A stretch of 64,000 nucleotides of DNA from NCBI GenBank assembly GCA_951406725.2, contig OX597817.1, forward strand, positions 119,288,001-119,352,000. Direction: 5' to 3'. Within the stretch, counting starts at the first letter, position 1. Each line of letters starts with the position of its first letter. Below the pieces are notes generated by a model. That model was not told where the DNA came from, searched no databases, and saw nothing but the letters and a program-made list of their open reading frames with translations. Positions 13,271 through 26,984 of the stretch are shown here, one piece after another. This stretch comes from Octopus vulgaris (taxonomy: Eukaryota). The position numbers and the translations under genes are program-made.

Positions 13271-14600
13271 TATATGTTCTGTAATATCTACTTTTAAAAG
13301 CAATGCACTTGTTTCAGTATTTCTGTGATATGGTTTTTGAGTTCTTTCCTATCAAAACTTTTGTGCATTCTTGCATATGTTGCCTCTGTAAGCTTTAGAA
13401 TAAAAAAAACTGCAAAATGGTTAAGGTAAAAACATTTGCGTAGTTTTGTGAAGTTTTAATATCCATGTCTGTTACTAACTGCACTTAATTTAATACTAAC
13501 ATTCACCGTTTTTGAGTGCATCTGCTTCTTTAGCTAATAATATGTAATTAGTAATTACACTTTGCACAACATTAATGTTAGTACAAATAACTATTTACAT
13601 TAAGAAAATTATGTCTTTTTTGTAATAATGCCAATTTTTACAATAGTCTGCCTACAATAAATACACTATAAGTCTTTGAATACAGAAACACATTCCTAGG
13701 TACTTCCTGCTCGGTAACTGCAGGACCTTAGTAAACAAGATGTTATGAAAAGAAAATTATATTTCATGGCAGGAAAGTCCAAAATGTCTTTGTAATTATT
13801 GTAAGCAAGCTTTATATGCCATATATAAATTTGTGTGTGTGTATGCATACACATTAGGGTTTATTATTTTTTCTATGTCTAAGTATTATGTTAAATAGAT
13901 GGATCAATTAAGGGTTATCCCTTGAGTCACATCCCTTTGAAGAATGCACTATTTAGCTTGAAACATAAAACTATGAAAAAGTAAATCCTTAATATAGTGT
14001 GTGATTACCATGTTGTTATGACTGAAGGTGAATTTGAAGAGCACTACTTAAATCATACAACTTCCTTTTATATACAGAAAAGAGAAATACAACAAAATTA
14101 TCCACTTACATTTGGGATTTGAAAGAACACGCCACTGAGTTTGATATCTAGTGAAAGATGTTCAAATAATGTAGACCACATAAAAAGTGAACTAAAGGAT
14201 GTGAACTATATGTAATTGAAATGAGTCACTTATTAAAAAATTTGAACAAATTTATAAATTATCTAAATGCAAAATCAGGAGTTTTACTAAATGCTGCCAT
14301 TTTAATAAGTACATTCTAAGAAAACAGAAATATCCCACAGATACCTGATAAAATGGATCAATATCTAACTAGTTATATCACACTCACTTCATGTTATTAT
14401 CTTACTGAACAACAGTACAGATCAATACCGCACTCTATTTAACCATTCCTGATTTACTTATTTCCCTATTCACTATATCTTTTGCAAGTCTTTAAAACTT
14501 CTTACAAATTTCCATACTACTTTAATTATGCTCCATTTTTTAAATTCATATAATTTAATCATCTTTACATTATTTTATTTTTATCTTTATTTATCTTTTC

Positions 14601-14825
14601 TTTTACTTGTTTCAGTCATTTGACTGCAGCCATGCTGGGGCACTGCCTTCAAGAACTTTAGTTAAAAAAAAATCAACCACAGATCTTATTATTTTTATTA
14701 AGTCAGGCACTTATTCTAAAGGTCTTTTTTGCTGAACTGCTAAGTTATGGGAAGACATAAACATGCTAACACCAGTCATCAAGCGGTTGTGGTGGGGCAA
14801 ACACAGACATGAACATGCACGCACG

Positions 14826-14885
<60 letters not shown>
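14601..14885 (-). mobile_element. Family A SINE, 3' half
   Basis: ttttacttgtttcagtcatttgactgcagccatgctgg... is the reverse complement of the family A tail. Ends in (CA)n. Confidence 0.8.
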
Positions 14886-14888
<3 letters not shown>

Positions 14889-15920
14889 TCTAAGCATTTT
14901 TACTCCATATCATAGAATCATTTATTTGAGTTACTATTAGCAAATAATAATGTACAACTCTTTAATGATCAAAAAAAATATTAATGTATGGGCATGAATC
15001 ATATAATTTATTTGCAATTGAAACAAATTTTGATATTATATTTATGTGATGAAATTTCTTAATTTAGACTTATTTTATTCTGCAAAAATTTATAACAGGT
15101 TAAATCAAAACCAGTTTAAAATGTGATCACTAATTTGATGTGAAAAGTACAAGTTGTTGCAGGGAAAGCTATTAATATTCGGTTACTTGAGACAGGTGAA
15201 ATTTGAGTGCGGAAATAGTGAAATGGATATTACAAAATAGGGTAGAAAAATTATATGGAAGAAAATAACTGAAGAAAACTTTGGAGAAATTGGATGTGAG
15301 AATTTCAAAAGCGAATAAAATGAAATAGAGGAAGGCTTCTTTATTCAAGCAAAATTTAGTGCACAATAAATGGGGAAAGGAAAAAAAAAATCAACAGCTT
15401 ATCTGTGAATCCAACTGTACTGTTAGAGCACTGATAATTGTGCTGATAACAATAGAGATGATGAATGAGATAACAACTGTAATGGTAAAAAAGGTTGATA
15501 CAGAAATGGATATGACACTGAAGTTGATGGCGGTGACTATGATCACGGCTATGATGAAGATGGTGGTGAAGAATAGAAGATATTACTCATGGTAATAGTA
15601 ATGGTAGTAGAATGTAATTGATTATTTTGCGAGAAAAAAAAATGTTGTGGAGATGAGAAATTAGTAGTTAGTATCAGCATCACGTTAAACTGTAATGTCA
15701 CACTTTGCTAAGATCAGTGCATTGCTTTCAATAATCATTCATATTATTCTACATGCTTTAGTTTAATAAACTGGAAATCAAAGAACTAATGTGTTATTCT
15801 GGGTGCTCATTTTAACATCTTGGAATATTTTATGCTCTGTTTATCATAGATGTCATGATGCACAGATGTATGACTGACTAGGATAATGAAGCAGAGTAGC
15901 TGGGTTTTTTTTAAAAAGTA

Positions 15921-16300
15921 GCAGGCGTGGCTGTGAGGTAAAAAGCTTGCTTCACAACCACATGGTTCCTGGTTCAGTCCCACTGCATGGCACCTTGGGC
16001 AAGTGTCCTCTGCTATAGCCTCAGGTTGAGCAAAGACTTGAGAGTGGATTTGGTAGATAAAAACTGAAAGAAGCCTGTCGTATATATATATATATATGTT
16101 TGTATGTATACATATGTGTGTCTGTCTCTCCCCATCATTGCTTGATGACAGATATCAATGTGTTTCAGTCCCCGTAACTTAGTGGTCCAGTAAAAGAGTC
16201 TGACAGAATAAGTACTAGGCTTACAAAGAATAAGTCCCGTTCGACTAAAGGCAGTGCTCCATCATGGTCGAAGTCAAATGAGTGTAACAAGTAAAAGAAT
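15921..16300 (+). mobile_element. Family A SINE, full length
   Basis: gcaggcgtggctgtgaggtaaaaagcttgcttcacaaccacatggttcc... through ...acaagtaaaagaat. Confidence 0.85.
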
Positions 16301-16465
16301 AAATAGTTAAAACAGAAAAAGAAACAGAATACCACCTCTGAATTATATGATATACTTTGGGTATACTGGGCATATAGAACAAGGTTAAATAATCTCTTCT
16401 TTCAGCTATCTATTAGCGAAGCTAGAATTTTATGGTGTCAGGTGTTAATTATTCCTTTGTCTCCA

Positions 16466-16502
<37 letters not shown>

Positions 16503-18754
16503 TATATATATGAATATATATATATATATATATATAAATGAATATATATATGAATATATATATATATAATTTCTAAATTTCATGTAATTTAAATTTATTT
16601 TTGTTATTAAAATAAGGATCACTTTAAGTTCAATTTGCCAAAAAACCTGGATTCAAGATATCTCTGTGCAAATTGTATGATAGGGATTCAATTAAATTTA
16701 GAAAAAAAGTAAACAATATAACACTGGCCTTACTGTAGAAAACATTTCTGTTTATGTTATTAAATTAGGAGTTCATCACCTGCAATGATGTTGAATTATT
16801 TAGAATTTTAGTAAAATTAATATTTACACCTTTCATAACTATGACTTTGTTGCATGAGATGCACAATCATACTGTAATTATCAAGCTCTCACTAACTACA
16901 TACCTAATGCAAAAAGATTTATTTCTAATATGTTTATGAAATTACAAGTAAATGTTTGTCACCTGTTACAGAACTTCATGAGCAACGCATGTGTATAACA
17001 ATTAATTGGTTTTTCTGCAGAGCCCAACAGTTATCCAGTTATTTGTTCTTTCATATCCAACTGAATTAAAATGTTAGTTTAAAGTTAATTTGTTTTTGAT
17101 TAGTTGATAAGAGTCAACATTTAGCACAGAACTTGTGAACTGTAATCTAAAATTTAGCTAACTTAATAAGAATTGCAACCATAATAATCAGAGCTTAAAG
17201 AAGCATGTATTTAAATTGATGGAAAAACTGGTATTCTGAACTGGATTCCAATTTAGAAAAAAAAAATAATAAATAAATCTTTCATAAACTTTTTTCTAAG
17301 TTTTGTTCCCTCAATTTATTAATGGAAGCTAAAATTCTTGATAGTGGGTTTGAAAATTTTTCAAGAAGTTAATATTTGAAAAAGGGTGAAAACAATGTTT
17401 GCTATTGGTTGTGAACATATAAATCGAAGAGGGTTTGAAGAAAGAACACCAAGCAGACTGAATCAACATACATCAAAATGGAATGGAAAAAAGAAAAAAA
17501 AAAATACATGGTGCTGGTTGGTGAGGTTTTTCATTTAAAAGTAAAACGAAAATCAGGAACAATGGTTTTCGCATGCAGGGTTATTGCCTTGCTGGTTGTG
17601 ATTTGATTTAACACCTGTTAGTCTTGATTCTAATCTGAAATACAAATGCAACTTTTCAAAGCATAAAGTGGCAATCACTAGAACAGGTGAACATTTTAAA
17701 GAATAGAAAAAAAAATAGGAAAACTTTAATTATATCAGATGTACTTGGAAAATTTCTTTACTACTTTTTGAATTTACTTTCCAACTGAATAGAGACATTC
17801 AAAAAGTTAATATTCTATTGAAAGAAACAAACATATTAGAAAGTCTACACACAAAACAAGATGAAATCCTTTCTATAGTGAGAGGAGAACGTTTTATGTA
17901 CCTGGCTTATTGCTTTATTGATGTTTTATGTCCTTAAGTAGGGGCTGTAGAACAACAAGCTAATCTGAATAGACTGTATGAAGCAGCAAAGAGTTTTTAT
18001 TTGTCAAATGCATCAAAAAATAAAATGAAAAAGTGAAGCTATTTGCTGAATCAAAATTGAGAAAACAATTTTCTAAAAGTAATAATAGGTCTATAATGAA
18101 TCTTGTATAGCAACAAGATTTAATATGAAGAGTTTTAACTCAACCTATGTCAGTGCTATGATTATATGGTATAATTTGAATATTTTAATGTTCATATTTG
18201 TTTACATGGGCGTATACTCTTAAACATAGGTTTAGCTTATAAAATTGTAAAACTATGGAATAAAAATCGTGTAGTTAAAGCATGTAAAAAATGTCTAACA
18301 TTTTATTTAATTCACTTAGCTGACTTATATAATTATTGATTTTTCAACAATATATTTTTAAAATGTTTTGGTTTAGGTGAGCAAAAAAAGAAATTTTGGC
18401 TTTAAAATTGTGAATTTTTCTTAGAGGAGCAAATAGGGATAATCTTCTGGCTGTTTTATTTTTAACATTCCAGAATATCCTTTCTTGTCATAAATATGAA
18501 TTAAAACTCTCAAATATCTTCAACAAGATGTCTCTTTTCTTCTGCAATATATTAACCATGTAGTGTTAATGTAAAGATAAAAATACATAGAAAAACAAAC
18601 CCTGTAAACAACAGAGCAAGAGCAATTACTTTATAATATATTACTAAAGATGGAAACAAGAAGATATAAAAATATCAGAAAATAGAGACACCTTTCAGTT
18701 TATATCTATACTAAAGTTGGTAAAACTCAAAATAATAACAATAATGGTGATAGC

Positions 18755-18950
18755 CAATGTTGGCATAAGGAAGTGGTTAAGATGATTACATCAGCTCCAA
18801 TGTTCAACAGGTATTTATTATATCAAGTACAAAAGGAAGAAAGGATCAGTTGATTTTGGTGGCATTTGAACCCTAAACATAAAGGAGCCAGTAATAATGT
18901 CACTTAGGATTTTGTCCAACTTGCCAGTGATTTGAGCAACTAACTGCTTC
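18755..18950 (-). mobile_element. Degenerate family C SINE
   Basis: caggtatttattatatc...aaaggaagaaagg...ggtggcatttgaaccc. Confidence 0.5.
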
Positions 18951-18965
18951 AATAATAATAATAAT

Positions 18966-19476
18966 GCCCTGATGCAGTACTAGGCAATCTTAACTGATTG
19001 GCAGTGTTATCATGGACATGATTTGTCTTAGTATAAAAAGACAGGCTACAGCAAATATTCTGCTCAGTACCACAGATTTGCATGTCAGTTGTTTGACCTA
19101 AACCAGTTGAGCATGTCCTTAGTGGCTGACAATATGTGCATTTCTGATCACATGCAGAAGTAGTTGGGGAGCATCATGCAGGGTTTGAATAATTCACCTC
19201 TGGAAACTTGGGTGCTTTGTTCATCATTCCTAAAAAAAACCTCATTCAGGGACCTTTTGAGCATGATGCACTATTCAACCTGAAGGCAATTCTAACTGGG
19301 CACTACCTGCAAGGTCATATGAAGTCTATCATGATATAAGGTCATGTTGTGCTCATATAGTTGTGATGCATTTGCCTGATCTACACTTATCAGATGGATA
19401 ATCATGAGGGATATATTAGGCTTTGTATATTTGTAACCCAGTGTTATTCTGATGTCATGCATTGCTCTCTCACTCA
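18966..19476. mobile_element. Non-coding element of about 510 bp bounded by (AAT)n on both sides (probable non-autonomous AAT-targeting retroelement)
   Basis: aataataataat-gccctgatgcagtac...gcattgctctctcactc-aataataataa. GC-richer than its flanks and has no convincing ORF. Single copy here, so the call is inference. Confidence 0.5.
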
Positions 19477-19486
19477 ATAATAATAA

Positions 19487-20716
19487 GGAAGAGTGAGATG
19501 AAAGAAATCTTTAGGTGAGAACATCTCAGAAGAACCAAATTAATTATAGAGAATAAACTCACTGGCAAAAACAAAGCCAGTATAATGAATACATGGGCTG
19601 TCTCCTTAATGTGATGCTGCACAGGTATTGTTAGATGGACAATAATGACAAGAAACAAGGAACTGCACCCTAAAATTGATGTTGATAGACTGTATGTGTT
19701 TAGAAAAAAAGAAGAGATCTCATAGGATGCAAGATCCGTTGTCAATGGGGAAAACAGTCTGGGATGATGTGTTAAACAGCAGATTGAATCTTTGGTTGCT
19801 GCTGTTAGAAATAGCAGCACAACATCGAGTTAAAAGAACTTTAGAAGCGAGACAGAGAACAATGATTGAACAACTAGAAAATCAAAGCAATGCAAGGGCA
19901 ATACCTCTGAGAAATGGAAAGGAAAGACTAGACCAACACCTGGAGGTTGCAAAGGAAAAGTGATATGGAAAGGATGCACTGAGATGTTGATATGCAATGC
20001 TCAGGAACAAGCTCTGAGAACTAATTACACCAAGAACCAAATAGGTAAGAGTAGTGAATCACTCCTTTGTAGGATGGTAGCATCAAAAATAAAAGAATCT
20101 CACATAATGTGAGTGAGTATAATAAATTAGTTCAAAAAGAATACAAGAGGAGGCATGATAACATTGGAGATTGTATGAGAAGAAAGGTCTTGAAAGGACA
20201 TTGAAATGGTAGAGCATACATCTTGTAGGGTTTTACAATTCAGTTTGATTCAGTGACTGATGCTCAGAGACCAGACATTGTTATAGTTGATAAAAATGAC
20301 GAAGGAAACCAAGATAACAGATATTACTATATCTGGGGGGGTCTACAAGTGAATGATAAGGAACTGGAAAAGATTGAGAAGTACAAGCTACTAAAAATGA
20401 GACTACATGAATGTGGGCAGTAAAGAAAGTAACCATTATCTCAGTAGTTGTAGGGGCACTGGGAGCATTAACAAACAGGTTTAAGAAATTTGTTGTAGAA
20501 ATTATGGTTAACATGAGGGTAGAACATGCTCATAAAACTGCTTTACTGAAGATAGTAAGGATTTTGAGATTGGTACTGGGATGTTAAATATTGTAGATAG
20601 TAGAAAGACACTTTATAAAACCCTTGATGGCAGGTTGTAGTACACTCTTACAGAATTAGTCAGAGCAAGTGAAATAAAGAGCTCTGAGAAGTGAAATAAT
20701 AATAATAATAATAATA
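19487..20716 (+). mobile_element. Decayed R4/Dong-like non-LTR retrotransposon (post-RT region, zinc-knuckle and restriction-like endonuclease region), 5'-truncated
   Basis: Frameshifted peptides in order: KLTGKNKASIMNTWAVSL, ELHPKIDVDRLYVFRK, AQEQALRTNYTKNQI, LCRM, QKEYKRRHDNI, RPDIVIVDK, EKIEKYK, VVVGALG, VEHAHKTAL. Ends in (AAT)n. Confidence 0.8.
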
Positions 20717-20759
20717 GAAAGCAAACTATGCTGGATCATAGATATAGCATGCCTAGCTG

Positions 20760-21077
20760 ACAACAAGATATGACAATAGATATGACAGGTTAGCTTGGGA
20801 GGTTAAGCAGTTGTGGTTGATGACAAAGGTGGTAGTAGTACTAATAATTATCGGAGCCCTGAGAACTGTGAGTAAAAATCTTGAGAAGTACATGGAACAA
20901 ATAAGGACTGCAATAAGGGTTGAGCACTTGCAGAAAACAGCACTGCCTTGAACTGCTTGAATACTCCGGAAGGTGCTCGAAAAATAAGGGGTGTTACCTT
21001 AGTTCACTGGTAGTGAACAGCTGACACTGTAGTGCATCTCCAGTGTCAGAAGCTGTGCAAAGGCAATAATAATAATA
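20760..21077 (+). mobile_element. 3' end of a second R4/Dong-like subfamily
   Basis: LAWEVKQLW...IIIGALRTVSKNLEKYMEQI...RVEHLQKTAL...ILRKVLEK*, then a UTR and (AAT)n. Confidence 0.7.
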
Positions 21078-22669
21078 GTTTATGTAATCTAAAATTTGAA
21101 AACAAACTCATAATTTTCTTATGTCTTCTTAAAACAATACTATGTGCAAAACCAAATATACGGCCCTCAAGGCATAACACCAACATGAACTTCTAACTTG
21201 TCTCTTGAGGTCTCTGGGTGAGACTTGGAGCCAACTTGTACAAATACAAAGCAAAAATCAAACATATAATAATAGTAATAATGATATTAATAATAATAAT
21301 ATTAAACACTTAAACATTGGAAAATTTTTCTATTATATGAAACAAAATTAATGCAAAGTCATAACATCTAAAGTGAATTTAAATATTATTATATAAAAGA
21401 ATACATAGTAAGGATATTTGTTAGTATTTGTATAAACATGTTCTACTAGAAGAATTTCAAATAAATGTTTTCATAAAGTGACAAACTTTCAACAATCTGA
21501 AGTGCTACTAGTAGTAGTAGTTCAGTCACAAGATGTAAAGTCACGGCAATAGATAATAAAAGCAATGCATAACAAGTCACTAGGTACAAAATCTCAAAAA
21601 GAATCTGTCATAAAGGTCAAAAGGTATAGAACCTTATATCTGCAGACATTTTCTATAAGCTTAGTAATACCAAACATTTTGGAGGATAATTCCATGTCTT
21701 TAACCATGTTAATCCCAAACAGGATGGTCTGACATCAAAATCTCAAACTGTAGAAAGTTAATGGAAACTTGAATAAAATCAAATATTCAACACACTCTAC
21801 ATAATCTCAGAATATTTGCTGTTTGATGCACAAGTTTCTAGTATGAATAACTAGCATTGTTTTCTTAGGAAAAGTGAAAAACAATCTGAAAATTTATAGT
21901 AACTATAAGATGTTGATTGAAGGAAACACGTGAAAAAAAAAATGGGGTGAGTAAATAGTTACTGAGAAAAACCTGCTGTTACAAATCATAAACTCATATG
22001 TATACAATAAGCTCCCACCATATCACTGTCATAGTCTGAGCTGACAGACTGCAAATATTGGCAAAAGTTAAAGCTAGTCTACTTTTATATATTTACATGG
22101 AAGCTAATCAAGCTTCTTTGCTAAGAAAAAAAAAAGGTAAAAATATAAAGGAGAAAATAATACTGTTTCTGGAAATGAAATAAAAGCAAATAAAAAAAAA
22201 GACAATTTGTAGAGAATCTATATGAAAACATCTCATTAGCATCTCCACAACTATCCAATAATCAAATCCATATACTACCAAAACTACTCTGATGGAACTT
22301 GTGAATTTGGGTATGACCAAAATGTAGAGAAATCAAATTAAAAGTATATGTATCTGTTGCTAAAACCCATGTAGCTGACTGATAATTCTACACCAATAAG
22401 AAGTATTCTTACTCTTTGTAAATGTGAAATATGAAAAAAAAAAAAAAAAAAAACTGGAATCATCATGTTACTTTGTAACAACTTGAAAATGTGTTTACTC
22501 TAATGAAGCTTCTATGATTAAAAACTGTTATACAATAAAATATCTCTATGATAATACCACAAAAATTATGCTTTAGCAATTTGAACCCTTCTATAACTAT
22601 CATCATCACCGTCATATTATTATTATTATGATTATTATTATTATTATTATTCACTGGCAGTATCATTAG

Positions 22670-22860
22670 AGTTTGGAAGAAATGCTTTCTGGTATTTTTT
22701 TCAATTCTTTACATTCTGAGTTCAAATTTTGTTAAGGTCAACTTTGCCTTTCATCCTATCAAGGTTGATAAACTACCAGTCATATACTATGGTCCATGGC
22801 ATTGACTAAACCCCACCCCTCAAAATGGTTGGTTTGTACCTGAATCAGTAACCATTATAA
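22670..22860 (+). mobile_element. Family C SINE
   Basis: acattctgagttcaaatttt...ggtcaactttgcctttcatcct...gataaactaccagt, following an (ATT)n tract. Confidence 0.7.
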
Positions 22861-22964
22861 TTATTGCAATAAAAGTTTATTTATTTACGTTTTCAATGCT
22901 CATGCATGCTCTCATTGCATAACTAAATGCAATCTTGTTTTGTGAATTGGTGCAGTGGTTTTTG

Positions 22965-23155
22965 TCACTTAGTCACAGGTCAATCAAAGGCATTCCAATC
23001 ATGGACATCCCATTGATTTTTTAAAATTTCATTTTATATCTAGGACTACTTTATTCAATGCATCATACTATTTTTAACACGGCAGGGTGTGATTTGATGT
23101 TTATTTGGCTGTTATTTATAGCAAATCAAAAGACCACATCAAGGCTTCCTTGTAG
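22965..23155 (+). repeat. Old interspersed repeat family D (other copies about 26987-27200 +, 27864-28060 +, 52918-53030 +, 6800-6995 -, 24355-24565 -)
   Basis: Shared caggtca...atcaaaggcattcca...ggtgtgatttga...tttggctg.tattt motifs. Confidence 0.55.
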
Positions 23156-23528
23156 TTCAAATGTATGCAGTTTGCGTATGTGAATGTGTTTATTATCTTG
23201 ATTGTATACTATTTATTATGTGCACACTTCCCAATTATGTTAATTCCTATAATATATACACATAAATCCTGTCCTATGGGATATATATTGCTTTGTGTTT
23301 CTTTTTATTATTCCCAGTATATTTATATTATGGGTTTTGCATTTCATTCCTCGCATTTCAGTTATCTATATGTCCAGAACTTTGTTTTTGGACAATTTTT
23401 CCAATCCATTTTAGAGATATGCAACGTCTGCTGGGATTAACATATTGCTAATATATTGATGTCTGTTTGTAGTAAAACATGTACCAGAATATATTCTCTT
23501 GCAATATACGTCAACCAAATTATTTTCA

Positions 23529-23745
23529 TTATTATTTCCATTTCACTTCTTAGAGCTCTTCACTCGCTCCAGCTAATTCTATAAGAGCAGACCACAAAAT
23601 GTTGTGAAGGATCTCACAGTGTCTCTTTCTACAATATTTAACATCCAATACCAATCTCAAAAATCCTCACTGTCCCCAATAGAGCAGTTTTCTGAACATG
23701 TTCTACCTTCATATCAATCCTGATTTCTCCAACAAATTTCTCTAT
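23529..23745 (-). mobile_element. 3' tip of the R4/Dong-like element
   Basis: ORF-track peptide EKFVGEIRIDMKVEHVQKTALLGTVRI matches the end of the 19487-20716 element. UTR ttcacttcttagagctct is the reverse of agagctctgagaagtgaa (about 20678-20695). Confidence 0.75.
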
Positions 23746-24822
23746 TATTATCATTGTTGTTGTTGTTTGGACATTATTATTATGTGCATCAGCATCAACC
23801 TCATAACCACCAACAGCATCATACATATTTTATAACGGCTGTCTCCATCAATTAAATATATTTTAAAATGTTCTTCATCTTTACATTTTTTTTGCTTTCA
23901 GAGAGATATTTGTAACCAAACTAGAACTCTCTCTGAGCATAAACGTTTTTTTTTTATCCTTTAAAATAATTGTTTGACTTTCAAAGGTCTCTAAAATATT
24001 TCAGCCAATCAGATACTCCATTCAACAATTGAATATTAATCTCAACCTAAAACTACAGAATGGTGTGTGTGTATGTGTGTATGTATGTGCATGTGTATAG
24101 GTAGGTAGATAGATGGACGGACGGACAGATAGATAGATAAATAGATAGATCGATAGATAAAACATATAGAACTATTATCAACATTTTAAAAACACACAAA
24201 AATTTTAACAACACAGATGCAGCTGAACCAATGATTTCAGCTTCACCAGATGGTCTCTGATCATGTCACTTGTGAGATAAGTACAATCTTGAAACACACA
24301 CACATACACACACACCTGATGGATTTTCCCTAATTCTGTGCATGCCAAGGAGGACAACTTGTAAATGTTTGACTAATCTGCTAAAAATAAACATATTTTC
24401 TTCAAATCCCAATACACCATTGTAAAAATGGTAGGAAACAGCCTACCATATAATTCTAGATAAACCAAAATCTGAATGAAAGACAGTTGCTGTTAGTAGG
24501 AACACCTTTCAGTTTTGATAATAAATCTCTTCAGTCAAGGTTGACTTGGAGCTAAGCAACAATAACAACTGCATTCTATAATGATATAATCAACCATCAT
24601 CTATGATTTAAATGTCATATGTCAGTTGCAAAGCTCTTCTACCTTGAAGCTATAAGATCTTAGCCTCACTATTTTCATTTCTTTTCTTTTGCCTACTTTT
24701 TAACTTATTGGGCTGCTCAATCTTTTTATCTTAATGAGGCTTCCATCTGAGACTTGGCTTCAATAATTGCAAGCAAGGCAACTTGGAATTAATCTAATCT
24801 ATATCTAAACATGTGCGTGTGT

Positions 24823-24862
<40 letters not shown>

Positions 24863-24884
24863 TTGTTGCAACCATGACTGTTTG

Positions 24885-25036
24885 GCAGCAGGTATGACTG
24901 TATAATCAAGAAGTCCACTTTGCAACCACATAATTCCAGGTTCAATCCAGCTGCACAGCACTCTGTCAGCCCAATGTTTTTGTGAAGGAATTCAGTAAAT
25001 AAAAACTGTGCTAAGTTCATCATGAGTGTGTGTGTG

Positions 25037-25074
<38 letters not shown>

Positions 25075-25300
25075 ATCTGTGTATGTGTCTATTTGGGTTT
25101 ACATTCTGTGCTAAGCTATGCCACAGACATTTGCTTGCTGATGTTTCCTAGTCAACAAATCAACTGGAAACTCAGCACTTTCAGTGATAAGTGGAACAAT
25201 TAAGAATTAGTAACAAGAAGAGCATTCTAAATGTAAAACAATGCTTTAGTAATATGTATTCACCTAATCCTTGTTAGCATGGAAAATGAGCAATAATCAA
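24885..25300 (+). mobile_element. Degenerate family A2-like SINE
   Basis: gcaggtatgactgtataatcaagaag...gcaaccacataattccaggttcaatcc head and ttagcatggaaaa tail. Confidence 0.5.
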
Positions 25301-26589
25301 ATGCAAAAAACACATATTCATTCATCTAATTGTGAGGCAAAATAGGTCAGACAAGATTCATAAACTCTGCCCAAGCTAGAGCAGTTACTATGAAGATCAA
25401 CCCAAAGTTGATGCATAGTTTGCATCAGCTAACAATAAAGAATATCATTGCATTTCTGGGAATGAAATTCAAGCATTTGTATACAATAATGATGATAATA
25501 ACAGATACTAAAACATATAATGATGATAGTGATAATAATTATTCAATTTAAAATAGACATCAGCTTAAAAGCCAGAGGTAGTTTAGTTCAGTCATTAAGG
25601 ATTTTCTCTAAAATGTATGGAGGTACAGTCATATGTTGTAAGTTAAAGTATGCAATGGTGGCATCTAAATTATAACCTCATAGATCATATTACAATTTAA
25701 TATCATAATCATATGATCACCAGTCCCTACAATAACATTATATAACTTTAATATCTATAATACAGCACTTGTTAGCTCTAATGCATCATCTGGATTTGCT
25801 CTTTTATGCTAGAATTTTTTTCATCTCTATAATTGAAAAGTTTTCCAAAATTTCTTATACTCTTTATGCACTGGAATTTCCTTCCATTTTTTATAGTTAG
25901 ACCCAATGAACTCCATATGATATTAGATTTAAAAGAACATATAGAGAGAAAAAATCAATGAACTCAAAACAGCTATAGTAAATCTTCTGTACCCATTCTT
26001 CTGAATTGTCAATTCCTATCTGACGACCTATAACTGCTTTATGCTGAGCCTCACCTCTGACATATTGGTCAATATATGATCAGTAATACAATATACAGTG
26101 ACCTGCTATTTCAGACGAGATGACACATTGCACCCCAAGGATGAAAGTTTTGGGAGACTACTTACAACATTCTCTCAAAGTATGGCAGCTGAATGAAAAG
26201 TGTCTGAACTAAACAAAAAGCACTTGACAACGTTTCATGAACAGAATAACAAAAAGGGGTTACATCAATAGAACTTTTCTAAGCAAGTTGACAACTCTAA
26301 TATTATGAATAGGATAGACATTATCTAAAAAACTCAGTCATATATTATACAAGAGGAAAAAAAGACAGGATTAATTTAAAAGTTTATAAGAAGAGTAATA
26401 CAATGTATAAGAAACTACAAAAATAATTTCAGTGACAATGAAAACTTCTTTAAATGTTGGAATATGATCAACATTTATAATGATGTGACTCCAGAAATAT
26501 CTTACAATAATGTATGAACAAAAATATTTTGTTTTCAAGAATAAATGATTTCTTATATTTATTATTATTTTCAGGAATGATATTTGTAT

Positions 26590-26984
26590 CATACCCGTGC
26601 CAACCCCCTTTGCTTGCGAAGACATGTTGGGGTAAGCGAAAGCGAAATCGAAATCGAATTGAACCAGCCAGGATTCCTGGTCTGGTGGTACATAAAAAGC
26701 ACTATCCGACTCGTGGCCGATGCCAGCGCCGCCTCGACTGGCTTCCATGCCGGTGGCACATAAAATACACCAATCCGACCGTGGCCGTTGCCAGCCTCAC
26801 CTGGCACCTGTGCAGGTGGTACGTAAAAAGCACCCACTACACTCACGGAGTGGTTGGCGTTAGGAAGGGCATCCAGCTGTAGAAACATTGCCAGATAAGA
26901 CCGGAGCCTGGTGCAGCCTTCTGGCTTCCCAGATCCCCGGTCGAACCGTCCAACCAAGGGACGTTAAACGATGATGATGATGAT
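26590..26984 (+). mobile_element. RTE-like non-LTR retrotransposon 3' end (or derived non-autonomous element; family B)
   Basis: Three tandem units ending ggtgg(c/t)ac(g/a)taaaa..cac, then ggagtggttggcgttaggaagggcatccagctgtagaaac...gacgttaaacg(atg)n. A short-tandem-repeat tail is typical of RTE. Confidence 0.75.

Noticed and set aside
26166-26188. Possible 23-nt minus-strand exon (ttcattcag|CTGCCATACTTTGAGAGAATGTT|gtaagt)
   Set aside because: Not frame-preserving, the peptide is not CUB-like, and such matches are expected by chance.
26371-26957. Overlapping 122-125 aa ORFs, and similar ORFs at 46741-47221 and 60352-60789
   Set aside because: They are read-through of the GC-rich family B repeat on either strand and contain no protein motif.
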